DNA from: a virus
Taxonomy: Duplodnaviria > Caudoviricetes
DNA length: 56,003 nucleotides
IMG/VR virus record: IMGVR_UViG_3300020179_000039
Coordinates: 1 to 56,003 of that record
Reading direction: 5' to 3' (one strand)
Position 1 is the first letter of the stretch. Every line of letters starts with the position of its first letter. The notes under the pieces were generated by a model. It did not search any database. It was not told where the DNA came from and worked only from the letters and a program-made list of their open reading frames with translations. Of this stretch, positions 27,351 through 36,941 are shown piece after piece. The position numbers were made by a program, and so were the translations under genes.

Positions 27351-28204
27351 AACTATTGGAGAGGAAGTCTATGTTAATTCGTGAGAGCGGAAGAAGCACA
27401 GACTTTATCTCTCCGAGTTTTGGACACGGTTGTTTATTCAATTGTACTTATTGCTATATGAAGCGACATAAACCGGAAGGACTAGATGTTGCAACAAATA
27501 CAGGTGACATTCTTACAGCTATTAATAATCATGCTTGGTTTGCTGTTGTAGATAAACCTAATCAAACACATCCAGAATATGTTACATATGACATATCCTG
27601 TAATGAAGACTTTGCACTTCATTTAAAATATCATAAGTGGCAGAAAATATTTGACTTTTTTGTAGATCATCCCCGTGCTATGGGTTCATTTGCTACAAAG
27701 TATGTTAATTCAGATTTACTCACTTATAACCCAAATAAAAAAATTCGCATACGATTTAGTTTAATGCCTCAAAAGTATGCTGATGTATTGGAACCAAATA
27801 CTACAAAAATTATAGATAGGATAAGAGCTATTAATAATTTTATAGAAGCTGGTTACGATGTACACATTAACTTTTCTCCTGTTATTGTGACAGAAAATTG
27901 GTTAACGCAGTACAGAATGTTATTTGAAGGTGTTGATGCTATTGTGGATAGAAAGTATAAAGATCAGGTTAAAGCTGAAGTTATATTTCTTACACACAAT
28001 CGTAATAAACATCAATATAACATTTCTAATCACCTAACTGGTGAAGAATTATTATGGAATCCTCAAATACAAGAAGATAAAATTTCTCAATATGGTGGAC
28101 TTAACATACGTTATAAACACGATTTAAAGTCTCAATATATTAATGAGTTTGTTCAACTACATAATGAGGTTATTCCTTGGAATCACATTAGATATATATT
28201 TTAA
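27347..28204 (+). CDS. spore photoproduct lyase-like radical SAM protein
   Basis: GHGCLFNCTYCYM (CxxxCxxC), SFATK, IRIRFSLMP, LEPNT..IIDRIRAIN, HINFSPVI. Confidence 0.8.
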   Translation: MKLLERKSMLIRESGRSTDFISPSFGHGCLFNCTYCYMKRHKPEGLDVATNTGDILTAINNHAWFAVVDKPNQTHPEYVTYDISCNEDFALHLKYHKWQKIFDFFVDHPRAMGSFATKYVNSDLLTYNPNKKIRIRFSLMPQKYADVLEPNTTKIIDRIRAINNFIEAGYDVHINFSPVIVTENWLTQYRMLFEGVDAIVDRKYKDQVKAEVIFLTHNRNKHQYNISNHLTGEELLWNPQIQEDKISQYGGLNIRYKHDLKSQYINEFVQLHNEVIPWNHIRYIF

Positions 28205-28207
28205 ATT

Positions 28208-28285
28208 ATGACAGGTATTGGAATTATTGTTATAATATTACTTTATGCAATTTTAAAAGCTATTGATAAAAATAAAAAGGAATGA
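28208..28285 (+). CDS. 25-aa TM micropeptide
   Basis: MTGIGIIVIILLYAILKAIDKNKKE; ATGA overlap with next gene. Confidence 0.45.
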   Translation: MTGIGIIVIILLYAILKAIDKNKKE

Positions 28286-28662
28286 GTCATCCATTACACC
28301 ACAGTATTAGCTCAGTAAAAAAGTATGGTGGAATAGTTGAAGATTATTTACCCATTCATAACTGGTTTGATGAGACAAAAGCTCATTATCCAGACATGCG
28401 TCATCGCGCTTTACGGCATCACTCAGAAGGTATCTTTTGGTGTGAAGAAAAATTTGGTATTTATATTACTAATTCAGATGGTAAAATGGTACCAGTAAGA
28501 GCAATCGGTGAGCAGCATTGTATTGAAGATATAGGTTTTATACCTACAATCAAAGATTATTTAGATAATATGTCTCAAACAGGTTGGATGTACAAACCTG
28601 GAGAAGGACGTAAAATTTTAAAAGAAATTAATCAAGAAAAACTCGACTATGTCAAAAACTGA
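28282..28662 (+). CDS. His-rich conserved protein (DUF6915-like)
   Basis: HPLHHSISSVKKYGG..DY..IH.WFD.TK...RHRALRHH.EG...EQH..ED. Confidence 0.7.
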   Translation: MSHPLHHSISSVKKYGGIVEDYLPIHNWFDETKAHYPDMRHRALRHHSEGIFWCEEKFGIYITNSDGKMVPVRAIGEQHCIEDIGFIPTIKDYLDNMSQTGWMYKPGEGRKILKEINQEKLDYVKN

Positions 28663-29365
28663 AACTATTAAAATTGAAGACGTAATTACCTGGTTAGATA
28701 AGTTATCTGACGAAGGTAAAGAAATTGAAATCTGCTGGGAAGGCGGTGGAGATTCAGGATGGGCTTATTTCCAAATAGACGGAGAACAAGTAGCTGACAA
28801 TCCAATGATTGATGTATTAGTAGACAGAATGTATGATCTTTTAGACTATGGTTCATGGGCAGGTGAATATTCTGCAAATGGTTCTGCTCAGTATAGTTCT
28901 ACACAAAAAGCATTTATTGGTATCGACTACTATTCTGAAGATGAAACCATGCAGTTTGATTGTAAGTTTCAAATTGAAGTTCCAAAAATTTTAGGATTTG
29001 AAGAACTAAGAGTAAACATTGACGGTGATTACAATGATGATTTCAATATTGAAACAACTTACTTTATAAAAAATGGTTTTATTTCTAAAGAGCATGAAAA
29101 ATTCAGTGATCATTTAGAAAATACTTTAGAAGAAACCATTAATGATCATTTAGATACTAGTGATTATTCAAATGATGATATGAGGTATTGGAATACTAGT
29201 ATTGCAATAACACAGGAAGATCTGAAACCTCATCCTAAAAATCCAGAATTACTTGTATTTGATAACCGTCATGTATCTATTTCAGTAGCAAATACTGAAG
29301 AAAAAGGTATCTATTTAGATTTAGATTTGGCAAATCATGACGAAAACTATGATGAAAATGAGTAA
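28649..29365 (+). CDS. acidic conserved protein (DUF6878-like)
   Basis: WEGGGDSG motif; very D/E-rich. Confidence 0.6.
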   Translation: MSKTETIKIEDVITWLDKLSDEGKEIEICWEGGGDSGWAYFQIDGEQVADNPMIDVLVDRMYDLLDYGSWAGEYSANGSAQYSSTQKAFIGIDYYSEDETMQFDCKFQIEVPKILGFEELRVNIDGDYNDDFNIETTYFIKNGFISKEHEKFSDHLENTLEETINDHLDTSDYSNDDMRYWNTSIAITQEDLKPHPKNPELLVFDNRHVSISVANTEEKGIYLDLDLANHDENYDENE

Positions 29366-30095
29366 TTTAAAAGAACACAAGTATATTGTTGATCATGTAA
29401 ACAATTTCACTTTTGATGAAGCCTGTAAAGCTTGGAAAACAAAATACGAGAACTACAGTGATTTTCAAAAAGAAGTTATTACGCATGAATCTTATAATGA
29501 ACTTTCAGTAACTTTGTTTGATATGTGGGATAGTATAACACCAATATCAGTCAATGAAGCATTGCAAGAAAGTAACATTGAAAAAAGACGTGTTTACTTT
29601 AATTGTATAGGTGTAAGTAAATTATTTAAAGATCTCGGACCAGAACTTTTAGATAAACAGACTATTAAAAAGGAAAGAACGCGCTGGGATGCAGATAATA
29701 AACCTTATACACACAAGTTTTTAGATGTTTATGAACTATATCGAATACCTGCACAAAAATTATATCGTGGAGGTCAAGATCGTTGGGGAAGAACAAGATT
29801 AGAAGACTCGAATGATGCATATGCTGTTCGTTGTTGGTGTACTACTACTAATCGTGAATATTGGCTATATGTTCCAAGAGAAGCTGCTTTAGGCACACGA
29901 TGGAGAACTGATACAGATAAACCTGATGCAATTCGTGCAATTGCATGGACGATACGTGTAGATCAAAGTCATATTGAAAAAATATATCGTCAAGGGGACA
30001 TCATTGTAGCTAAAACATCGATAGATTCTAAACCTGTTAATCCTTATCATCTAGATAAAGAACAGTATTTAACTTTAATGTATTCAGAAACCTAA
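29358..30095 (+). CDS. conserved protein (DUF6745-like C-terminus)
   Basis: NIEKRRV...AVRCWCTTTNREYWLYVP...DAIRAIAWT...RQGD. Confidence 0.65.
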   Translation: MSNLKEHKYIVDHVNNFTFDEACKAWKTKYENYSDFQKEVITHESYNELSVTLFDMWDSITPISVNEALQESNIEKRRVYFNCIGVSKLFKDLGPELLDKQTIKKERTRWDADNKPYTHKFLDVYELYRIPAQKLYRGGQDRWGRTRLEDSNDAYAVRCWCTTTNREYWLYVPREAALGTRWRTDTDKPDAIRAIAWTIRVDQSHIEKIYRQGDIIVAKTSIDSKPVNPYHLDKEQYLTLMYSET

Positions 30096-30100
30096 TTTAT

Positions 30101-30382
30101 ATGAAAAAGCCATATCAAAAATCATCTAAACGTATTGTTTTAGGTGAAGGTGAAGTTGTAGGACATAAGCACATCTTAGAATCTACAGCTCAAATTCATT
30201 ACACCCAGACTACTGAACAGTCTTGGCGTAGTATTCCATCAATTGAGTTCTTATTGGAAGGAACTGGTGTATTAACACATGACGAACACGATAAAATGTT
30301 GTTTGATAATGGTCAGTACTATAGCTACAACCAAGTTGAATTTAACCCCTTTGATGAAACCATTTCAAGGGTATTTGATTGA
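30101..30382 (+). CDS. small His-motif (cupin-like) protein
   Basis: LGEGEVVGHKH...LTHDEH...QVEFNPF...RVFD. Confidence 0.65.
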   Translation: MKKPYQKSSKRIVLGEGEVVGHKHILESTAQIHYTQTTEQSWRSIPSIEFLLEGTGVLTHDEHDKMLFDNGQYYSYNQVEFNPFDETISRVFD

Positions 30383-30390
30383 TTAAAAAA

Positions 30391-30421
30391 GGGGGGTGTA
30401 TAAAAGCACCCCCTACTTTTT
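30391..30421 (+). terminator. intrinsic terminator
   Basis: GGGGGTG...CACCCCC-TACTTTTT. Confidence 0.65.
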
Positions 30422-30631
30422 ATGTTTGAGATAGTAAAACAATCCAAGCGCATGACTCCTGATGAAATGGCACAAGATTATATTCATCGACATCGCGAGT
30501 CAGCATATGCACAATTTGCAACAGTAGTGAATTTTCTAGAGCATGCAGGTGTTACTGATATGCAGTACTTTTACGAAGTAAGAAATATTTTAAAAGAAGC
30601 TAAAACTTCTCCAAAATATCTATATTTGTAG
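30422..30631 (+). CDS. hypothetical protein
   Basis: 69-aa ORF. Confidence 0.6.
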   Translation: MFEIVKQSKRMTPDEMAQDYIHRHRESAYAQFATVVNFLEHAGVTDMQYFYEVRNILKEAKTSPKYLYL

Positions 30632-30680
30632 AACTTATCACATAAAACATACCTGTTTTTGTGAAAAAATCACAATAATC

Positions 30681-30929
30681 ATGCTTAACTATTCAAAAAC
30701 ACCAGAACCATTTCAGCTTACAATTAAGCACTATGACGTAAAAGTTACTATAGAACTTCCTTGGGACACTAGTTTAGAAGAAGTATTTAATACTTTACGA
30801 GGTGCTTTAGTTGCTGCAGGATGGTCTAGCTCTCAATTTGATAGCGAGATTAAAAATCAAGCTGAAAGTCTCCAAGACTTAGAAGATTATCTTGAAAGAC
30901 AATCAAAAAACAATGATGAATTAACCTAG
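30681..30929 (+). CDS. hypothetical protein
   Basis: 82-aa ORF; TATATTTGTAGAAC upstream at 30621. Confidence 0.65.
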   Translation: MLNYSKTPEPFQLTIKHYDVKVTIELPWDTSLEEVFNTLRGALVAAGWSSSQFDSEIKNQAESLQDLEDYLERQSKNNDELT

Positions 30930-30994
30930 TTCTGGTTTAATTTTTCTCGTTTTTTGATACTTATAGTACCAATTTACGCTAATATTTAAACCAA

Positions 30995-31219
30995 ATGAGT
31001 CAAACTAACTGTCACAACTGCGTTCATTCTCGCAGTAATAAAGACAAAAATTCAGCACATATTCATTGTCATTTGTACTGGTCATATTATAAAAAGCAAA
31101 AATCTACACATCCAAAAGCTAATGAGTATGCTGTAAAAAGTGGATGGTGGGACTTTCCTTATGACTATGATCCTGTATGGATGGAAGAAGACTGTAAAGA
31201 TTTTAATCAAAAACCGTAA
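30995..31219 (+). CDS. small Cys/His protein
   Basis: CHNC..HIHC..GWWDFPYDYDPVW..C. Confidence 0.65.
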   Translation: MSQTNCHNCVHSRSNKDKNSAHIHCHLYWSYYKKQKSTHPKANEYAVKSGWWDFPYDYDPVWMEEDCKDFNQKP

Positions 31220-31224
31220 ATTAT

Positions 31225-31653
31225 ATGAACATTCGTGTTGCGTGTAAGAAACTTCGTTCAGACGCAGTAATCCCACAATATGCAAAACCAGGTGACGCTG
31301 GTTTAGATCTTGTTGCAACTCAAATTATTAGTCAAGATACCCAACAAGTTACTTATGGAACAGGACTAGCTGTTGAGATTCCAGAAGGTTATGTTGGTTT
31401 AATTTTTCCACGTAGCTCTATTCGTAAATACGAACTTGCGTTAAGCAATTCCGTAGGAGTTATTGATAGCGGTTATAGAGGTGAAATTCAAGCAACATTT
31501 AATACCCGTTATTACGGTGAAATTGTTTACAAGAAGGGTGATAAAATTGCTCAACTTGTAATAATCCCTTACCCTCAAGTAGAATTGTATGAATCAGATG
31601 AACTATCAGAATCAGAACGAGGATCAGGAGGATTTGGTTCCACAGGTAATTAA
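31225..31653 (+). CDS. dut: trimeric dUTPase
   Basis: AGLDL, PRSS, GVIDSGYRGEI, KIAQLV, RGSGGFGSTG. Confidence 0.95.
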   Translation: MNIRVACKKLRSDAVIPQYAKPGDAGLDLVATQIISQDTQQVTYGTGLAVEIPEGYVGLIFPRSSIRKYELALSNSVGVIDSGYRGEIQATFNTRYYGEIVYKKGDKIAQLVIIPYPQVELYESDELSESERGSGGFGSTGN

Positions 31654-32020
31654 AGATTATACCGGGCAGGTAGAGATAAGAGACCTGAATATGGCTCTTT
31701 ATCTCTATACTGTCAGGTATGGTAAGCAAATAATACAAGACCTGTATGTAGTGCTTTCAAAGAAATTACACTGGGATAAACCAGATATCCTTGCAAGAAT
31801 GATATTCTGCCGAATGCTTCCTCCAGAAGAACAGTATTTAGATACAGGATTTGGTATCAGCTTAGTAAGTTATCTTAATGTGGATGTAAAAATTACATTA
31901 AACTGTGAAATGCAAATAGTTAGTGTCTACTCTAAAGGTAATCGTGCACCTGTTTGGTCAGGTACTTTTCAGAAATTCATTGATGATTACACTTTTCCTG
32001 AAGCAAAATTAGATTTATAA
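31649..32020 (+). CDS. hypothetical protein (start uncertain: ATT 31649 or ATG 31691)
   Basis: GQVEI..LYLYT..WDKPDILARMIFC..GFGI. Confidence 0.6.
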   Translation: MKDYTGQVEIRDLNMALYLYTVRYGKQIIQDLYVVLSKKLHWDKPDILARMIFCRMLPPEEQYLDTGFGISLVSYLNVDVKITLNCEMQIVSVYSKGNRAPVWSGTFQKFIDDYTFPEAKLDL

Positions 32021-32052
32021 ATGTCACGCTTTTTTGAAAAATTGTGACATAG

Positions 32053-32082
32053 AACCGGTTGCATTTTGTAACCGGTTTTTTT
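32053..32082 (+). terminator. intrinsic terminator
   Basis: AACCGGTTGCA...TGTAACCGGTT-TTTTT. Confidence 0.7.
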
Positions 32083-32168
32083 ATTAGCGATATATTCCTG
32101 TTTTTATAGAACTTGTTGTATATTTGTTCTACAATATGGTTATCTTAGCTGTCATAATTCTGAGAATC

Positions 32169-32456
32169 ATGATAGTGAGTTTGCCAAATGGTAAAGTCGT
32201 TGAAATGAGTCTAGAGCAGTATCTCAGAATGACCGATGAGGATTTTCAATTCATGGTTGCGCAAAACTGGGGTGAAGAAGTAAATAACCCCTTCCATGGT
32301 TCTGTATTGGAAGACGGCGAATATGCTGATATACCAATTCCTGAAACATTTGCTGAAGAAGTTAGAATTGAAGAAGCGTTTGAAGACCTAACCGACATCG
32401 ATCTTTCTGAAAAACTCTCAGACGCAGATTTTATCGACGATAACCTAGAGACTTAA
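32169..32456 (+). CDS. acidic hypothetical protein
   Basis: MIVSLPNGKVVEMSLEQYL...NPFHGS. Confidence 0.7.
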   Translation: MIVSLPNGKVVEMSLEQYLRMTDEDFQFMVAQNWGEEVNNPFHGSVLEDGEYADIPIPETFAEEVRIEEAFEDLTDIDLSEKLSDADFIDDNLET

Positions 32457-32511
32457 AAAAGTTAAATGAAATTTCTTTAATCAACTATATGTTGACAAGG
32501 ATTTACTGTCT

Positions 32512-32925
32512 ATGATTAAACCAAAATTAAAAACCTGTGCTGCTTGTGGGGAACAAAAAGTTATTTGGAAAAACTTTGAAGGTGATAAGTACTGCAAAGA
32601 TTGCTGGTATCGTAAAGAACCTCCAAAGTATCCTGCAAAAAGCACTATTAAACCTGTATCTGATAAAAGAAAGCCTCTGGATGAACTTTATTCTGTATTA
32701 CGTAGACGATTCTTATCTGAACCCGGAAGACAATGTTGTGCAGCTAAACTACCAGGTTGTCAAGGATGCGGACCAGAAAACCTTACAATACACCATAAAC
32801 GTGGAAGAGGAAAATATTACCTTGACCCAACTACATGGATTCAATTATGTCTCAACTGTCACAAGTGGGTAGAAGAACATCCAGCTGAAGCTAAAGAATT
32901 AAATCTTTCAGAATCAAGAGTATAA
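32512..32925 (+). CDS. Zn-finger/HNH-like nuclease
   Basis: CAAC..CKDC; IHHKRGRG...LCLNCHKWVE. Confidence 0.7.
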   Translation: MIKPKLKTCAACGEQKVIWKNFEGDKYCKDCWYRKEPPKYPAKSTIKPVSDKRKPLDELYSVLRRRFLSEPGRQCCAAKLPGCQGCGPENLTIHHKRGRGKYYLDPTTWIQLCLNCHKWVEEHPAEAKELNLSESRV

Positions 32926-32952
32926 CACAAAAATTAATTTAAAATCAAAACT

Positions 32953-33297
32953 ATGAGAAAATTTGTAGGCTACTATTGCTTAGGAGCAACAAGTAAAGAA
33001 GATGCACTAGCGGAAAAAGGATTCTGCTTATGGTATGAGGTAAAACCTAATACACTGCGTCGTTTTTTAATGCTTAAACTTTTAGGCTTTTACTGGGTAG
33101 ACAAAACACGTACTGTTGGTGGTAATCAAGAAACCAATACGAAATCTCAGCAAAACTTACAAACTAACCCCGGACCAAAAAAACAAAGGGGTCCACGTAA
33201 ACCAAAACCTGCAGCACTTGCTCAAACACCTGTTGAAGAAACAGTAATTGCAGATGCTCCTGTTATTAAAAGAACACCCAGACAACCGATCAGATAA
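32953..33297 (+). CDS. hypothetical protein with disordered basic tail
   Basis: 114-aa ORF. Confidence 0.6.
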   Translation: MRKFVGYYCLGATSKEDALAEKGFCLWYEVKPNTLRRFLMLKLLGFYWVDKTRTVGGNQETNTKSQQNLQTNPGPKKQRGPRKPKPAALAQTPVEETVIADAPVIKRTPRQPIR

Positions 33298-34400
33298 TGA
33301 ATAATCGCGAGAATATCCAGCAGCAGGCTTTAGAATCTGTTGCTGGAAGAACTCGCAGCGGTCTTGGTATTTCTATGGGAGTTGGTAAAACACTCATAGG
33401 TCTAAAACATATGAATGACTTATATGTCAATCAAGGAATGCGCAAATTCTTAGTTGTTGCACCCAAAAAGTCAATTTATACGACATGGGTTGATGATGCT
33501 AAGAAGTTTGCGCTTTCTCATTTAGAAGACTGTATGGAATTTACAACATACTTAAGTCTTACCAAAAAAGACAATGCTGCATATCAAGCTATTTATTTAG
33601 ATGAATGTCACAGTCTCCTTTATTCTCATGAGCTTTGGTTAGCTACATATGGGGGTATAATTTTAGGACTGACGGGTACACCTCCACGATTTAAAAACAG
33701 TGAGAAGGGGTACATGGTAGACCGATTCTGCCCAATCACTTATACTTATATTACAGATGATGCTGTTGAAGACGGTATATTAAATGACTATCGAATAATT
33801 ATTCATCCGATTATATTATCTGATAGAAAAGATTACTTGGTTAAAACTGCTAAAAAAGAATTCTATTCAAGCGAACAAGCTAATTATGCTTACTGGTGCG
33901 ATAGAGTTTATAATGCTGTAGGTCCAAAAGATGAACAAATTACACGCATTATGCGGATGACTTCTCTTATGAACTATCCAGGTAAGATGAGATATGCTAA
34001 ACGCCTTCTTCAGAATATTGAAGGTAAGTGCTTAGTATTTTGTAATACACAAGCACAAGCTGATAATATTTTACCAAACAGTTATCATAGTAATAATCCT
34101 CACAGCGACGAAAATCTAATAGCTTTTAAGACTGGTGAAATAGATAGATTAAGTTGCGTACTTTCTCTTAGTGAAGGTGTAAATATACCTGACTTAAGAA
34201 ATTGCATCATCATGCACGCTTATAGTAATGAGCGAAAAAGCACTCAAAGAATAGGTCGTCTATTACGTTTAAATCCTGATGAAACAGCGACAATTCATAT
34301 TCTTATGTATAAGAATACTGTTGATGAAAGTTGGGTAAACAAAGCTTTAGAAGACTTAGATCCTTCAAAAATTCACATCTTAGAAAATACCTATGCATAA
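33297..34400 (+). CDS. SF2 (DEAD/DEAH-like) helicase
   Basis: MGVGKT, DECH, LTGTP, LSEGVNIP, QRIGRLLR. Confidence 0.9.
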   Translation: MNNRENIQQQALESVAGRTRSGLGISMGVGKTLIGLKHMNDLYVNQGMRKFLVVAPKKSIYTTWVDDAKKFALSHLEDCMEFTTYLSLTKKDNAAYQAIYLDECHSLLYSHELWLATYGGIILGLTGTPPRFKNSEKGYMVDRFCPITYTYITDDAVEDGILNDYRIIIHPIILSDRKDYLVKTAKKEFYSSEQANYAYWCDRVYNAVGPKDEQITRIMRMTSLMNYPGKMRYAKRLLQNIEGKCLVFCNTQAQADNILPNSYHSNNPHSDENLIAFKTGEIDRLSCVLSLSEGVNIPDLRNCIIMHAYSNERKSTQRIGRLLRLNPDETATIHILMYKNTVDESWVNKALEDLDPSKIHILENTYA

Positions 34401-34776
34401 CGAAATAATTCGATTTGCTATAAAAGAAGGAAAGCTTGTACCTGCAAACTCAGTAGAGGAAGCAAAGTACAAGCTGTTTCTTAAATCGCTTCATGAAGGT
34501 GATACCATTGAAGCATTTATGAACTTGCATAAAGCTGATAAAACTTTAAGTCAAGTTGCATATGCTCACGTTCTTATACGTGAGCTTGCAAATTATACAG
34601 GTCACTCTTTTGAAGAGATGAAAGCATTAGTAAAGCAAAAAACAGGTCTTTATGTTAAAACACATGAGGGAAGAACTACTTACAAAAGTCTTGGTGACTG
34701 TTCTAAAGCAGAGCTTTCAAATGTTATAGAAACCTGTTTACTTTTGGGTAATGATATCGGATGCTACTTAAGATAA
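34393..34776 (+). CDS. NinB/Orf-like recombination-associated protein (tentative)
   Basis: TLSQVAYAH..IRELANYTG..FEEMK...KSLGDCSKAELS..IE. Confidence 0.5.
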   Translation: MHNEIIRFAIKEGKLVPANSVEEAKYKLFLKSLHEGDTIEAFMNLHKADKTLSQVAYAHVLIRELANYTGHSFEEMKALVKQKTGLYVKTHEGRTTYKSLGDCSKAELSNVIETCLLLGNDIGCYLR

Positions 34777-35094
34777 TTCTTCTTCTGTAGCATCGCGAAC
34801 AAAACCTTTTTCTTTAGCTAATTTTTCAAATTCATATACAAAAATTAGACAGGTTTCATAATGTTGCACCCAAGAGGTCACAATTTTCTGATTTTGAATT
34901 TCTTGATGTGCATTATTAATTGTCTCAGAGTCTAATTGTCCGTCTTTCATTGCATTTTGGTTAACAAGATATTCAGTAAGAGCTATTACTCTTGCCTGAA
35001 AACCAGCGGACACTTCCATAGATACAATAGCAGAGCTATCAATTACTTGTAAATTTTCCTCCTTTTCTTTTTGCTGAGGGTTGGATTTTTTCAT
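34768..35094 (-). CDS. hypothetical protein (lone minus-strand gene)
   Basis: 108 aa with own TACATTTGTAGAAC promoter at 35110-35123. Confidence 0.7.
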   Translation of the reverse strand: MKKSNPQQKEKEENLQVIDSSAIVSMEVSAGFQARVIALTEYLVNQNAMKDGQLDSETINNAHQEIQNQKIVTSWVQHYETCLIFVYEFEKLAKEKGFVRDATEEELS

Positions 35095-35168
35095 ACATGT
35101 TATTTATGAGTTCTACAAATGTAATGATAAACAACAAGAGTATCAACTTATTATACAAAATTTAAAAA

Positions 35169-35885
35169 ATGAACCAAGTAAATCAAAACTGTTATGAGAT
35201 TGCTGAAAAACTTTCTCAGAAACTTAAAGAATCAGGTTGGTCAGACTTACTAAAAAGTTTTTTAGTTAGTGAAGACTTTAAAAGCATTTTTTGTACCCTT
35301 GAACAAACCGTTCAGGATGGTCTAAGATTTACACCACCACTAAAGGATGTTTTTCGGGCTTTTGAAGCATGTCCTTATGATAAACTCCGAGTAGTGATTG
35401 TAGGTCAAGATCCATATCCACAGCTGGGTGTAGCCGATGGTATTGCGTTTTCATGCTCGAAAACAGGTAAACCAGAAGCATCTTTGAGGTATATCCAAGA
35501 AGCAATACAAAGGACTGTTTATCAAGATGTTAAAGCCGATCAATCAGCAGACTTATCAAGATGGTCAAACCAGGGAGTCCTACTATTAAATACCGCTCTT
35601 ACTACACAAGTGGGTAAAGTAGGTAAGCATTATGATATATGGCACCCTTTTATAATGTTTCTTATAGATATTTTGAATTACAAACGAAATGATATTACTT
35701 GGATATTTATGGGGAAAAAAGCATCAGAATACAGCAATTTTCTCTTTTTAAACCCAAATCAATTATTTTGTTCTCATCCGGCAAGTGCAGCATATGCTAG
35801 ACAGCAACAATGGGATTGCAATGATGTCTTTAATCAGTGCAACAAACTACAAGAATTAGCAGGATTACCAGCCATTATTTGGTAG
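35169..35885 (+). CDS. ung: uracil-DNA glycosylase (family 1)
   Basis: VVIVGQDPYP, GIAFS, QGVLLLN, SHPAS. Confidence 0.93.
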   Translation: MNQVNQNCYEIAEKLSQKLKESGWSDLLKSFLVSEDFKSIFCTLEQTVQDGLRFTPPLKDVFRAFEACPYDKLRVVIVGQDPYPQLGVADGIAFSCSKTGKPEASLRYIQEAIQRTVYQDVKADQSADLSRWSNQGVLLLNTALTTQVGKVGKHYDIWHPFIMFLIDILNYKRNDITWIFMGKKASEYSNFLFLNPNQLFCSHPASAAYARQQQWDCNDVFNQCNKLQELAGLPAIIW

Positions 35886-35948
35886 ATTTTGTAGATTTTC
35901 TTGGTAAAGTTCTACATTTTAGTTACCTTAGCAGTTCATTTAGCATTC

Positions 35949-36938
35949 ATGATGAAACCAACATCACTTCCAAGTGCGTATAAACACATCAGTGTTGGAT
36001 ATGCAGAAGCTTTAGACCACATATATAAACGAAAAACGGGTGAAATCCGTTCACTTGTAACTCCCTGGAAAAAATTTAATAATGCGATTATGGGAGGACT
36101 TGATTGGAATACAATCAATGTCATAGCAGGAAGACCTGGATCAGGTAAAACTTTAATGGCTGCTATTATATCACAAGAATCATTTAATTTAAATCCGCAT
36201 GAAAAGATTGCTGTTTTAGACTTTCAGTTTGAAATGCTTACACGTATCAGTGCTCAACGTCAGATAGCTGGTAAGTTGTCAAAAAGCATGCAAGAATTGA
36301 ATAGTGTAGGATCTGTATTGTCAGATGCTGACTATGAAGCTGCTTGCAGGTATGTAGCTTCAATTCCAAAAGATCTACCCTACCACTTTATAGAAAAACC
36401 ACAAACAGTTGCGGGAATTAAGGAAGCTGTCAGAATATACTGCGAAAACCATCCTGACAGTAAAATAATTGTAACTCTAGACCATACCCTTTTGGTGAAA
36501 GGAAGTTCAGAAGAACGGACCGTCATTGATAAATTATATGGTTTAGGTGAAGCTTTAACAGAATTAAAGAGACAATACAACTGTCTTTTTATAGTGTTGA
36601 CGCAAATGAACAGAGAAATTGAAGGAGTAGAACGTAGAAAACCACGTAGTACGGGAAACTTCCCTACTCCTAGCGATGTATTTGGCTCTGATGCTTTATT
36701 GCAACATGCTGATACACTTATCGCAATCAATAGACCTGGTGACTTTAACATTTTTGAATATGGTCCACAAGGTTATGTCATTCATGATAAAAATATAATG
36801 GCTATGCATATTCTTAAATCACGGAATTCAGAAACAGGCATGCTTTGGTTTTTAGGTGAATTCAGGAATTTTAAACTCCATGAACTAAATAATACCGACA
36901 AGCTTTATCCCGTATCAACAGTATCAATTAAAAAGTAA
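35949..36938 (+). CDS. dnaB: DnaB-like replicative helicase (C-terminal domain only)
   Basis: AGRPGSGKT, FQFEM, TLDHT, LTQMNR, SDVFGSDALLQHAD, KSRN. Confidence 0.88.
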   Translation: MMKPTSLPSAYKHISVGYAEALDHIYKRKTGEIRSLVTPWKKFNNAIMGGLDWNTINVIAGRPGSGKTLMAAIISQESFNLNPHEKIAVLDFQFEMLTRISAQRQIAGKLSKSMQELNSVGSVLSDADYEAACRYVASIPKDLPYHFIEKPQTVAGIKEAVRIYCENHPDSKIIVTLDHTLLVKGSSEERTVIDKLYGLGEALTELKRQYNCLFIVLTQMNREIEGVERRKPRSTGNFPTPSDVFGSDALLQHADTLIAINRPGDFNIFEYGPQGYVIHDKNIMAMHILKSRNSETGMLWFLGEFRNFKLHELNNTDKLYPVSTVSIKK

Positions 36939-36941
36939 TAT

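Noticed and set aside
31225-35885. Uracil-substituted genome
   Set aside because: The phage encodes both dUTPase and Ung, which exclude uracil from DNA
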